This document shows, piece by piece, positions 50,845 to 64,000 of a stretch of 64,000 nucleotides of DNA. A program made the translations under genes and the position numbers. Positions within the stretch are counted from its first letter, which is position 1. Each line of letters opens with the position of its first letter. A model generated the notes under the pieces. That model ran no database searches, was not told the DNA's origin, and saw nothing but the letters and a program-made list of their open reading frames with translations. The DNA comes from Octopus vulgaris (Eukaryota), in the NCBI GenBank assembly GCA_951406725.2, contig OX597815.1, forward strand, positions 52,204,001-52,268,000. The letters run 5' to 3'.

Positions 50845-51293
50845 AGCATGGCTGTGTGGTAAGAAATTTGCTTCCCAACTGCATGGTGTCAGGTTCAGTC
50901 CCACTGCATGGCACCTTGGGCAAGTGTCTTCTACTATAACACCAGGCTGACCAAAGCCTTGTGAGTGAATCTGGTTGATGGAAACTGAAAGAAGCCTGTC
51001 ATATACATACATGTGTGTGTGTGCATGTGTGTGTGTGCATGTGTGTGTGTGTATGTGTGTGTATGTATGTATCTATGTGTGTGTGTCTTTGTTTTCCCCC
51101 CACCATTGCTTGACAGCTGGTGTTGGTGTGTTAAGATCCTTGCAACTTAGCGCTTTGGCAAAAGTGATTGACAAAATAAGTACCAGTCTTAAAAAGAAAA
51201 TTATATTGGGGTTATTTAGTTCAACTAAAATTCCTCAAGGTGGTGCCCCAGCATGGCCATAGGCTAATGAATGAAACAAGTATAAGATAAAAG
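50845..51293 (+). mobile_element. SINE group A, full length
   Basis: Head, (GT)n, body, tail. Confidence 0.85.
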
Positions 51294-52327
51294 ATGATTT
51301 GACATTCAATCATATTGCCTTTACAATATGTAAACAAGGGAAATTCCTTATATGAGTACAATGCCATTCTCTTTGGAAAGATAGCAGTCAATTTAATTCA
51401 CTCCACTACTAATAAATACACTACTGCTATTTATTTTATTGACATCCAATGTTTGATATGGATGATACCAGGATCTGAACACAGAATGTAAAGGGATGTA
51501 ATTAAATATCAAAAGATTTTTTCTGCCATTCTACCAATCCTGCCATCTAACCACCGTCACATTATGTGAGTGATTGTAATAAGGATTTACAGATTGTGTG
51601 TTCCAGAAGTGGTAGGTAGGATCTGAAAATACATATCCACAATCTAATATGAGTTTTGGAGCAGGATTTACTTTTTATTCTTCTAAGAGCAAGTGTACAA
51701 ATATCAGTAATATAATGAGGTGGTCTCATACATAGAAATTGGCCCTATATCGTTATCATCATCATCATCACCTTCTGCTCTTCTTTCTCTTCCTCCCCTC
51801 CTTCCTCATCTTTCTCCTCATCATTGTCATTATCATGACAATGACGGTGTTTGTGTGTATACTAGATTGTCATAGTATGAATCAGCTGTAATTGGAAATA
51901 CTGTCCTCCAAGTTTGATGAAAGACCATGTCTTGTTTGTATGTTTCATTTTTGGCATAGTTGCTATGGTTGGATGCCCTTGTTATCACCAACCACTTTAC
52001 AGAGTGTGCTGGATACATTTTATCATGGCACTTGCACTAATGTGGTTGTCTTCCCAACATGACTAAAAGGTTCTTTTTATATGCTAGTGTATCTGAATTG
52101 ATTCATTCATCAGCACAAGAGATAGTATCACATCCTTGAGGGCAATGAAAGAAAGAGTGATAAACAGCTACATGAGAGTTGTTGGTATGGGGATTAAATA
52201 AAAACAGTATGCCCAAGAGGGACATAAAGGAGAGAGTAAAAGGAGAAAGAACCAGAAAAAGTGGGTGATAGGATTAATTGAAGAAAAACCAAATGAAAAG
52301 TGGAGACAATAGAAAAATAAATGTGTA

Positions 52328-52708
52328 GGTGCAGGTATGGCCGCATGGTAAGACGCTTGCTTCCCAATCACATGGTTCCAAGTTCAGTCCCACTGCATAC
52401 ACCTTGGGCTAGTGTCTTCTACTATAGCCTCAGACTGATCAAAGCCTTGTGAGTGGATTTAGTAGACGGAAACTGAAAGAAGCTCATCATATATATATCT
52501 TCTATCTGTGTTTGTACTCCCACCATCACTTGAGAACTGGTGTTGGTGTGTTTACATCCCCTGTAACTTAGTGGTTTGGTAAAAGTGACCAATAGAATAA
52601 GTACTAGGCTTACAAAGAATAAATCCTGATGTTGATTTCTTTGACTAAAACCCTTTAAGGTGGTGCTCCAGCATGGCCGCAATCAGATAATTGGAATAAG
52701 TAAAAGAA
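52328..52708 (+). mobile_element. SINE group A, full length
   Basis: Head, short TA tract, body, tail. Confidence 0.85.
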
Positions 52709-53739
52709 TGTGTATTCTATGCATCTTTTTCCTTGTAACCTTAAATTTCAAATTCCAATTTCTAATCTCACCAAATATCATAAAAAAATAATTATCTCCA
52801 TTGTATTAATTGTCCACTACGGGCACTATAGGTAGTGTATTTGATTAGAAATGTTATGAAAAGATTAAACAAAAAAAAATAATTAAAACTCCTGAGTGAG
52901 AACCGTTAAAATACATTTAACATCCACTGTGAAGAAGACCAGTTAACTAAACTACATCTCATTTATTTTAGTTTGCACAATAACCACCACACTATGAATG
53001 AAATTTAAACTTTTAAGGACTTTTGATATGAGATACATTATCAGCTTTTAAAGTCATCGAGTTGACCTGCAATTGAGTGCAATTAGTGACAATAAATCAC
53101 TGCTGTATTACTGGGTAAATCAAAAATTAATGTTGGATGATGCTTATATAAACTACAAACCTGCACAAAATGAAGACGGGATTGCTTAATGCTCATTCTG
53201 TCATTATTGTTATAGCTATCAAGGTAGTGATGATATAAAACTGGAATAGTTTACTTTACATTGTTTATTTACAATAACTCATCATCATCGTTGTCGTCAT
53301 CATCATCAGTAGCAGCAGCAGCAGAATGTCAACCACCCCCACCACCACCATCGCTGCCACTGTCAACACCATCATCAGCACTACTGTGGCTTTCGCTGCT
53401 GTCATTGCTGCTGTTGCTGTTGCTGCTGCTGCTGCCACCAAAAGTCACCACCACCACCACCACCACTACCACCCACCATTATGACTGCAATGACGGTGTT
53501 GTGTTACCATTCATGTTAACAGCAATGGTTATTATTAAAATACCTTGAATTATTTACTTTCATCCTTTTCCACTCTGACTTCCAAATCTTGCCAGTTCCT
53601 ACTTTGCATCTCAACCCTTTAGGAACAGAGCCCCTAAAGTAATTACTTGCCAAATACTGGAGTTGAATTACGCAATAATGCTCCTTTCCAACATACTTAT
53701 ATGACAATATGCAAAACAGTTATTATCTCCAGATGTGAA

Positions 53740-54060
53740 GGTGCATGGCTCAGTGGTTAGAGTATTGGACTCACAATCATGAGGTTGTGAGTTTGATTCC
53801 CTGACCAGGCTGTGCATTGTGTTCTTGAGCAAGACACTTTATTTCACATTGCTTCAGTTCCCTCAGCTGTAGAAATGAGTTTGTGATATCACTGGTGCCA
53901 AGCTGTATCAGTCTTTGCTTTTCCCTTGGATAACATCGGTGACATGCGGAGGTGAGGCTGGTATGCATGGGTGACTGCTAGTCTTCCATAAAACAATCTT
54001 GCCTGGACTTGTGCCTTGGTGTAATCCCATGGTCATTCATTACTAAAGTGGGGTTTTACC
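53740..54060 (+). mobile_element. SINE group C, alternative body
   Basis: Box A tggctcagtggttag, box B-like gagtttgattcc. Confidence 0.7.
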
Positions 54061-54716
54061 TTTTTTTTTTATTATCTCCAGTATAACTACTGTCCTGCCA
54101 GAGACAGCTGATAGAGCTGTGTTTCTGCTAGTCATTTAAAGTAGATCATATTTATACTAATACAGAGAAATTTGTTGTTCAGTGGTCTTTATCTCTTACA
54201 TTTTAACTTAATTTATTCTTTCTTTATTCGCTGACAATTTAATATTTATATTTCATTATTCTTGTATACACATTCGTTATATGTTGACATAACAAATTTC
54301 ATTATTATTCTTTTTTTCTGTTTTGTTCCTGACCTACGTTAACCTCTTTGTGTAAATATTTTAATGAATTAATCCACTTCTTTGATGATAAAAACAAATG
54401 AATTTCTAAAATTCTATGGTTCCAATATATTTCTTAGACTACTTTGCTTTGGCAACATATAGGATCCGAATCAAACCATTTTTATTCCCTCACATTTCAT
54501 ACTGCAGCTTATAGATATACTGGAAGGTAGTTTTATAAAAATTTAGCATTAGTCTAGTTTCATACAACATTCTACATTTCAGCAAAACAAATTTCCTTAT
54601 TAGACTTTTACATCAGCTTTTTAACCAAAAATTTGGACACTTTTTTTTAGAAACTGAGTGACTATATATGGGATCAGTCAGTGGCTCCTGTTTTTAATAC
54701 AGATAGTTTAGGGTAA

Positions 54717-54747
<31 letters not shown>

Positions 54748-57154
54748 CATACATACATACATACATACATACATACATACATACATACATACGTACGTAC
54801 ACACACACACACACACACACACCATCATCATCATCATCATCATTAACTCCTGTGTTCTTTGCTGGCATGGGCTGGAGAATTCAACAGGATCTAACAAGCC
54901 AGAGAACTGCATACTACACTTAGTTCTAGTGTCTGTGTTAGCATGGATACCCTTGCTAATGTCAAACACCTTACAAAATGTGCTGGCTGCATTGCTACTA
55001 GAGAGGTCACCAAGTAACTTGTATGAGAAGGCCCTCAGTTGGGAGGTGGCTTTCTACCAGGTATCAAAAATTTGAAGTATGTTAGAGAGACAGGAACAGA
55101 TGCCACGGTGTAGAGGAGATACTTGGCTACCCCAGCTGGAAAGGGAGAAAGAAGAGTGACAGATGGAGATAAAAGTGGATGCAATAAATGGTGAACATGG
55201 TCACCATTGAGACATGGTAAATGGAAAATTACAGCTTGAGGGGAAAATAAAGGAAAAAAGATTTGAGCCACGTGGCAGGACATATACCTGTGCATACCTG
55301 AGTTACTCCTATGTATGGAGCAGAGAAGTAGATCTGCTGCAAAAGTTAATCAAATGTCAACAGAAAAGAGTTCAAGCAATTAATAGCATATCAAGAATTA
55401 TAGATTAAAGATTTTGTTTCCATAAAATTACTTTTCTTTAAAATTATGTTTCATTTTCATGGACATTGGAAATGGAGAAGGCCTTAAACAAGTTAGAGAA
55501 AATAGCTTTAAAAAGTTAGAAAAATAATTGTAAAGGAATCATGTATTTCATGAATCTCTCTTTAAACGTCAAACAATCATGTAAGAATATTTGAGCTTAC
55601 TGCTCTACTTTCACTTTTGTTAATTAAAATGACTTCTGAAAATTTCATGAGAAAAAAGGGTATTTTGGGTTGCAATTAAGATGTGCTGTTGTTAATGACA
55701 CCTCTCAAGTTTATTTTCTTGTTTCAACATTCTTTCCATTTTTTTTTTATATCCCCCTATTTGTAACCTGTAGATATCTGTGCTAAAATACAACTACTAT
55801 TCAACAGAAGTGTATGAATACTAGTAGTTATAGAAGAGCTTAAAGAGATCAGCAAGACTGAAAGCTGAAGTTACAGAATAGCACTGGCAACGGTGACAGG
55901 TACTAAATCACTGTCATCAGTGAAATTTTTTTATGAGAAAGTAGAAATGGTTTGGTAAACAATGGCATCAGCCAAATTTATATTTCATTTTAAACAACAA
56001 CATAAAAAATAAAAATGACAACAAATCGTAATACATAAAAAAAAAAATTAATGACAGAAATGATTTAAACTATTTTTAAAAAAATGAACAACTAATTCCT
56101 AATATGTTGGAAAATATTAACAGAAACAATTAAAAATATAAAACGATAAATTTAAAAATGAAGACAATCTTTCACTTTAGAGACATAAGTGAAATATCAA
56201 TGAAAATGAAGCCAACATAAATGAGGATTTATATAATGACTGAAATAAATAAGTTAATACATAATAGACTTTGCATTTTAGTTTTCAGCAGCATCATTTA
56301 GTTACCTTATTTAGGTAACATATAACCAAAATATCTTTTGTACATTCCTCATCATGGTTGGTTTCCCTTGTAATGATTTCTCTTATTTGTATTTAAAATG
56401 AAAGTTCTCCAAGATAACTCTTCACGACAATACAGCTTCCATGCAAGAGAACTCCTTCATCAACAAGATGCTTAACACACCTCAAGATTGATTCAGGCAA
56501 GTGTCTTGGGAGACGTTATTTTAATTGACGAAAGTCAAGGTGGAATGCTAAACAAAAAAAAAAAAATGTCCAAAGTTTACAAAATAGTTGTGGAGTAATC
56601 CACAAAGGGCTGCTTACCAAATACATTCAAAGCTTCCAAAGTTTGTTTATAAAATGTTGTCTCATTCAAAAAGCTATAATTTAGCATTAAAATTGACAGT
56701 AATTGTTGTTAGGGGCTGTTTAACTTAATGATAGAGCACTCAGCTGGTCTCCGAGGGGTACAGTCTTGACTCCCATAGCTGCCTAGTGGCAACTTTTTTT
56801 CATCTTATAAGGGTAAATACCCAATCTTTCTCTGCTGTTCTTCCAGCTTTACTGCATTCAAAATTTACTTTCTTGTCTGTAATATATATATATATATATA
56901 TATATATCATATATATATATATATATATATATATCGAGAGTGTAGTGGGTGATTTTATGTGCCACGACACGGTGCCATCGGATGGTGTTTATGTGACAAC
57001 AGGTGCCAGACGAGGCTGGACCACTCGATGGTGTTATGTGCCACCGACACAGGTGCATCGTCATCATCTTGCCACATTCAATATGTAAGGGCCCAAGAAT
57101 TTTACTTCCTACTTTTACTCTACATTATTGTGTTTGTGTCTTCTGAGTGTCACT

Positions 57155-58265
57155 AGAATTGCTTAGTTTTTCCAACTTGAACTGCATCCTTCACACAAAA
57201 AATGTTGAAAGGAAACTGTATTCGTTTGTCCTTGCCTTTGATCACCAAGGTGCTCCATTCCTGTGTTGTCATGACTCCTGATACTGTTTTTACAAACTTC
57301 CCTCCAACTATTATTGTCAGCAGTACATTCCTCAAATTCTGATGCTTTTATTCCAATATGTTTGATATTACTCTTCAGCTTATCTTTGTGTCTTAGAAGA
57401 AGTCTTCCTTCATTTCACATTCTGTGTAAGGTTGGCTATAAGTGAGAACTTCTGCAACACAGCGGGCCTATCTTAATTAATCTGCAGCAAGAAGGCCTCT
57501 ATGCTTTGTATATCACATTTATGAGACAACTGTTCATTGAAAACTTTATCCTTCCATGTGAAACCACAGTTATTTCTAAGACAACTCTTGTGGAAGGTAT
57601 CTATCTGATATTTTTTGTATATGGTGTCCATGATTTAGACCTATAAAGCAATGTTGAGGTGATAACTGCACGATAAGCTGGGATTTGGGTTTTCAAACTC
57701 ATTCCTTTCTAATTCCATACTCTTGCTTATAGCTTTCCAAAGGTATCACTAGCCTTAGTTTTCCTATTTATTATTTCATCTCATGAAGTACCAGAATTTA
57801 TTTTACTACCAAAGTATTGGAAGGACTTCACATACTTTAGAGGTTTGTTGTCTTCCAGAATTTTACATGGTGGTGCACTGTATTGGGGCCTTGGTAGTGT
57901 TATGCCTCTTCTTTGGATAAGTATTAGTTTTGGTTTGTATATGACTTCTGTCTTTTCTACACTTATGGTTAGGCTTTAGCTACAATAGAGGGAAACTGAC
58001 GTATAAGATTTGTGCTTCCTGGAAAGAATTAGCTACTAGAACCACATCATCTGCAAACAAAATGTTTAAAAGCACTTTTGTTTTAGTAAGGGTCTTTCCC
58101 TTAACTCTTTGGTGACTGAAGAACCTACCCACATTCTAAATTTAAACAAAACAATGTTATTGTAGTCCTTGAAGGCATACTCTAGTATCAGAGGAAAGTA
58201 AATAGCCAAAGTAAATGCACCCCTGCTTTGTCCCATCTTTTACTTGAAAAGGGTCTAATGATGTA
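57155..58265 (-). mobile_element. Decayed RTE (BovB-like) LINE
   Basis: DPFQVKDGTKQGC, ILFADDVV, VKSFQYFGS, KASDTFGKL, AYRAVITSTLLY. Confidence 0.8.
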
Positions 58266-60103
58266 CCACACATATACGCAGACAGACAGACCGACACACA
58301 CACATGTAGGTATGTATATGCATGTGTGTGTATTGTCAATTTACTTAATCTGAGTACAAGGATTAATGTGGATGGATGAAACTAAGAACTGTTTGTTATC
58401 TGTGTCTAATGCACTGCAATCAGGTGTTTATTCTTTACAACTGCATGATTGTGTACTTTGATGTACCTTGTGAGTCCAAATTGGCAGAGAAAATTCTCTA
58501 CAACATAAATTGCATGGTGGATTAGCTGCTGTGTGTGTTCATACACACATACATACTTACATACATACGTACACACACACACATACATACATGCACATAC
58601 ACACACACATATACATACATACACATATGTACATACATTTGCTGCATTATAATAAGGGATGTTATTGGAATGGAAGGGCGATGGAGTGATAGACACTGAA
58701 GAGCATTAAATAACAAAATAGTACTTATCTTCATCTAACTAACAAATTCCATAGAGTTCACTTTATCTTTCATGCTTCTGGGGTACACAATAGAAGAAAA
58801 TAGAATCAGTTGTAGTATTATACCCGATTCACTAAACTGGCAATATTCCACACGCCTACAATTTAGGCCTATGCTGATATGAGAAATTCTTATTATTTGT
58901 GGTAATACATTTTTAATAATCAATTTATTAATAATTAAATGCAAGTATTTCCAGCTGTTCTTCCAATGAAATCACTCTACACCTGAAGATGTTATGCTTT
59001 CATTATTTCAAATCTTGTCTTCAGACTGCATGATATTTAATTCTGTTTGTCCATAGCCTTAAGCTTCTGTAAGAATTAATTATTTCAAATCCCAATAAAT
59101 ACATTCGTCTTATGTTGCTTTGTTTATTAAATTTTAGCAGAAAACAAAGAAAAATCAATAATAATACAAACAGCATGAAAAAATGAAGATTTTATCAAAC
59201 ATTTATAAACTATGCATTTGACATTTTATTGTGCTATTGTGCCAATAGAGAAAGGTACGTTTCTATGTTAATCTCAGTCTAGTTTCATGGTTCAATGGCT
59301 CGTTCTTATCAAAGGCAACTGACTGTAAAACACATGTTTCAATCCATGCAGATTAAAAAAAAAAAAAAAAATAGAAAACATATTCAGCTCATAATAGCAA
59401 AAAAAAAACAAAAAAACAACAAAAACCTCCTGCTGTAAACCATTAGAATACAAAGTAAATAAATAAGTAAATAAATAAGAAAAATACGTAAGTAATAATT
59501 GGATTGATATGAACAATCTGTACCAAAATCAAATCTGTTGCCTCTAACGTCACTTATATTAACAAAGCTTTTGATATTTTTCAGTTATTTTTTTCTTTCT
59601 AAATCTCAACAAGAAAATGAATTTCCCAAGAAACTAAGTCTAATGTTTCAAAACACTGTTAAAAGAAAAATAGAAAATATATTTTCAAAGATAATGAAAA
59701 TTTAGTTATACTGCAAGTAAAGTTAAATATTTTTTTATTTTCTTGCAACAACTTCAAGCCGATAAGATATCATATATCATCAACACTTGGGTTATAGATT
59801 CTGCTGCTAGCAAAAATAATGTTTTTTATTATTATTCATTTTAAGGAAGAGGAGTTGTTGCTCAATGTACTTTCTTAGTTGAGGGGGATAAAGTTAAGAT
59901 GAAATAGAATAAAGGTTAGTGCAGTTAATGTTCAATTGTGAAAATTTGATGAAAGGTAGAGAAATATGGTAAGTAAGATGCAGACATGGTTGTGTGGTTA
60001 AAATGTTTGCTTTATGACAATGTAGCTCTGAATTTGATCCAACTGTGTGGAATCTAGGGCCAGTGTCTTCTACTATAGTCTCAAGCTGACCAATATTCTT
60101 TTA

Positions 60104-60502
60104 TTATTTTATTATTTTACTTGTTTCAGTCATTTGACTGCAACCATGCTGGAGCACTGCCTTGAAGGGTTTTTTAGTTGAAAAAATCGCCCCCAGGACT
60201 TATTCTTTGTAAGCCTAGTACATATTCTATTGGTTCTATTGCCAAACTGCTAGGTTATGGGGATGTAAATACATCAACATCGATTGTCAAGTGGTATTGG
60301 GGAGGGGGACAAACACACACACACACACATATATACATACATATATACGATGGGCTTTTCTCAGTTTCAATCTACCACATCCACTCACAAGGCTTTAGTC
60401 AGCCTGAGACTATAGTAGAAGACACTTTCCCTGGGTACCATGCAGTGAGACTGAACCCAGAACCATGTGGTTGGGAAGCAAGCTTCTTACCACAGAGCCA
60501 TA
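60104..60502 (-). mobile_element. SINE group A, full length
   Basis: Reverse complement of group A; a plus-strand head lies just upstream at 59978-60092. Confidence 0.85.
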
Positions 60503-60684
60503 CCAAAATGTTAGAAATTGTAAGGAAACATTTTATGTGCGTGCGTGCGCTCACGTGTGTGTGTTTATTTGTCTTGTCCTTCTCACTATTGGTAATGCAG
60601 TGAACCAGTGAGTTGTTAATTGAAAACCTGTAACCAACGATGGTACCCACAAATTGCAATGGTTATTATAAAATAGTAGCATTA

Positions 60685-60870
60685 TTTTTAGTTTTGGCAA
60701 AAGGTCACCAGTTTTGAGGGATAGGGGCTGGTCAATACCTTCAAACCTAATAGCTTATTCTATTGACCTTGAAAAGATGAAAGGTACCGTTGACCTTGGC
60801 AGGATTTGAACTTAGAATGGAAAGAGCTGGATAAATACTGTAAAGCAATTTTCTGATGCTCTAGTGATTC
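60685..60870 (-). mobile_element. SINE group B, decayed
   Basis: gaaaagatgaaagg..gaccttggcaggatttgaactt. Confidence 0.55.
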
Positions 60871-61357
60871 TTTCAATCCAAGCTATTTCCAGAATGATAT
60901 TGTTCTTTGAAAGAATGATTTGATCCAAATGCCTTATATAAGTTTCAGTAGAGGAAAATATTCTAAATAGTACATAAAAGAAAGATGGGTACATTAGATC
61001 TGTTTAATTGATAGTTTCAATTGTTTTAGAAGAGCAGAGATGTCACAAGGAGAAGATTTTATAATTTTGCGTAAACAGTTGGAGAAATTACATTTATGCA
61101 GATAAAATTGTTTGTCATTCAGAACATAATGAATGAAGACATTTTTATATGGTAATTACCAGCATCTCTTTCTGGTAATTGGTAAGAGCTTGAGCATTTC
61201 CAATATATATATAGTTTTATAATAAATAAAATATCATTCAGAATTAAATTAAATATCCTGTTTATTAAATAATGAACTGGATATCCAACAACACAGGTCA
61301 ATTTAAAGTAATCCTCTGATTAGTTTAATTTTGCTACGAAATTTTCCTCAACAAATA

Positions 61358-61414
61358 CCCTATCATCTGATGAAGATCACATGTGTTAGATTTTGAAATA
61401 TTATTGCCATAGGG
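61358..61414 (+). ncRNA. Degenerate hammerhead-like motif
   Basis: CCCUAU cau CUGAUGA AGAUC-acauguguua-GAUUU u GAAA UAUUA UU gcc AUAGGG. Confidence 0.35.
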
Positions 61415-61513
61415 CAATAGGCATGGCTGTATGGTTAAAAAACTGGCTTTGCGATCACATAGTTTTATGTTCCATTGTGCAGCTTGTGCACGTGTGTTTG
61501 TGTGTGTGTAAGT

Positions 61514-61559
<46 letters not shown>

Positions 61560-61679
61560 GTGTGTGTGTTAGTATGTGTGTGTGTTAGTATGTGTGTGTG
61601 TATGTGTGAACGTGTGTGTGTGTGTTAGTGTGGGGGTGTGTGTGTTAGTGCGGAAGTATGGAAGGGATACATATATGTA

Positions 61680-61895
61680 CAAGGGGGTACTGAAAAATTC
61701 CTGGCTTTAAGGATACCATGATAGGTTTGGTTGCAAGCTCAACCTTCCAAGTTCTTTTACAGGGTGTAGGAAAACTGAAGGACTGCTGCAATAAGTGTGT
61801 GAATCTGAGAGAGGAATATATTGAATAAAATCATAATTAACTGATCTTCCTGTATTTTCCTTTATCCAAAGCCAGGAACTTTTCAGCACCCCTTA
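61680..61895 (+). mobile_element. mariner-derived MITE
   Basis: TIRs caagggggtactgaaaaattcctggcttt / aaagccaggaacttttcagcacccctt; internal NKCVNLREEYIE* is a mariner-type C-terminus. Confidence 0.8.
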
Positions 61896-62479
61896 TGTGT
61901 GTGTGTGCATGTGTGTGTATGTGTGTATGCATATATGTGGTCAGCCATATAAAATCTATCTTGAATTCCATCTGACCTATGCAAGCATGGAAAAGCGAGT
62001 GCTTAAATGACAATGATGTTTATTGCCAGAGTAAAGACAGAATGCTGACAAGGTTACCCAACAACAATGATGACAGCAATGACAGTAATTTATTTCTAAA
62101 TATTTAAATTCACTGAAACTTCAACACTGTTTCCAGCATGGAAAAATGGCTGTAAAATAACTTTGGGGACATGACATAACATGTTAATATGCCTTTCATT
62201 GCCATGTCATAACATATTTATATAATTATTTTGAACCAATCAAATTTTATGGAACATTTTAGGAATTTTTATTGAATGCTGCCATGTTTAAACAGATTCT
62301 ACTCATGGTGACAAAAAACAAAAACAAAAAAAAAACTATCAGTTCTGTTAGAAGTTGTTATGCTGTAATGCAAGTAGCTCTTCTGGATGTTTAATACATG
62401 TGTGTAGGAATCAGAAAGCAGAAATGAACTGAGATACCAAAAAAAAAAAAAACCTAACCCCAAAAGGAATCAGATGTAG

Positions 62480-62660
62480 TGTGCATGAGAAACGTTGGTA
62501 TATATGCAGGAGGAGAGCTGTATAAAGGTGTGTCATGCATTCACATTTGGTGGAACATGTGGAAGAGGGAGATCATGGAAGACTTGGGATGAAGTGGCGA
62601 AGATGGATCTGAAGTTGTTACACTTCACAGAGGTGATGGCAACAGACTGCATAGACTTAT
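62480..62660 (+). mobile_element. RTE ORF C-terminal fragment
   Basis: EESCIKVC..GTCGRGRSWKTWDEVAKMDL, homologous to 12850-12980. Confidence 0.7.
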
Positions 62661-63713
62661 GCATGTACCTGTGCAGATGCACACATGCACACACTCTCAC
62701 ACACATACACACAAACATATACACACACACACATGTGTATGTATGCATGTCTCCCACTATCAAGTTTACATCATTGACTTCTTTGATAGCTTCTTATTTC
62801 TCTAACACATACAGCATTCATCCTTCTCCCCTGTCACTCACCCCACTCCCTCTTGTTCCTTGTGTTATCCATCTCTCTATTACCCATAACACTGTCACTC
62901 ACATTTCTCTTTGCTCATACCCTTATTAATCTTCTTTTCTGTGCTCATGTCCCCATTGCTTAATTCTCAGTCATTACCTCCTCTTCTCACTTTCACTGTA
63001 CCAAACTGCTGATGTGATGAAGATTAGCTATGAATATCTCTTCTGCTCATCACACATTGCACCCTCTTGCTCATGCTGTAATGTTCATTTTCTGTTAACC
63101 AAACATTTTATACATTGCATTCTTTCACCTGCACCTAATGTTTATCATTCTATCACTCTCTCTTCTCACTTCCTACTGTACTTCCAGTTTGACGTAAGAT
63201 GGCAGTGAATCTCTTCAGTTCCTCTTACATTGCTCCCAACCAAAGGATGTCACTGCATCAATTCTGACCACCTCCTCCAATAGTTCTTTCTGCTCTTCAC
63301 TACTACAAGACACACCATCATTCAACCTCTCTGGCTCACCTTTAGCCTTATGTATACTTGGCTACATTAGATCACGTTTTTCCTGTTTATTCTTTTGTAC
63401 TGCCTGTCATTACCCCATGCCCTCTTGGTTCTTTTCTCTCACACATCCTAGGCCTTATCTCCTAGGTTACCTTGACTTCTGTCATCTCCTATCTTAATCC
63501 AGTTGCTTTGATTAGTTCTCCCAGAATATTGAGTATCCTGTCACTCCACTCTCTTATACATCCCTCTCAACATCATCTTTCATGCATTTATTGCTCATGC
63601 TTCTCACTCTGTAAAGGGACAGGTGAGTGAGAAGAGACAAGGGTTTGTGAGGTCCCTTTAGTTATTTTGAGGATATAGCTTTAGTGTTGGTGTCATAAAA
63701 AAAATGTACACAA

Positions 63714-64000
63714 CAGGAGTGGCTGTGTGGTAAATAGCTTGCTTACTAACCACATGGTTCTGGGTTCAGTCCCACTGTCTTCTACAAGTGTCTTCTGCTA
63801 TAGCCTCGGGCCGACCAAAGCCTTCTGAGTGGATTTGGTAGACAGAAACTGAAAGAAGCCCATCATATGTGTGTGTGTGTGTGTGTGTGTATGTTTGTGT
63901 GTCTGTGTTTGTTCCCCCAACATCACTTGACAACCTGGTGTGTTTACGTCCCCGTCACTTAGTGGTTCGGGAAAAGAGACTGATAGAATAGGTACTAGGC
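63714..64000 (+). mobile_element. SINE group A (runs off window end)
   Basis: Head, (GT)n, start of body. Confidence 0.85.

Noticed and set aside
55774-55899. Plus-strand AG..GT bounded segment as a coding exon
   Set aside because: Stops in all three frames and a weak donor.

Overview
AT-rich, repeat-saturated animal DNA that looks intronic or intergenic. The tRNA-headed SINEs with internal microsatellites, RTE LINEs with (GAT)n tails and dense (TA)/(CA)/(AAT) tracts suggest an octopus/coleoid genome (inference). No host gene could be identified. Nearly all listed ORFs are microsatellite or transposon read-throughs. Recognisable fossils are two Penelope-like elements (RT YRDD; GIY-YIG in one), RTE and R4/Dong-type LINEs, two hAT relics (one with an intron and long inverted arms), Tc1 DD34E, mariner DD34D, DD41D and maT-type elements, piggyBac-type and mariner MITEs, and three SINE groups (named A, B, C here). 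The most interesting signals are RNA-structural. (i) Three minimal type-I hammerhead-like motifs with variant cores, one in the loop of a foldback inserted in (TA)n. (ii) A near-perfect ~103-bp-arm palindrome with the same foldback architecture. (iii) A tandem unit in RTE 3' UTRs that can form a compact H-type pseudoknot. (iv) A covarying 3' stem-loop in a (TA)n-embedded SINE/LINE tail variant. Coordinates of decayed repeats are approximate, and all structures were derived by eye, not computed.
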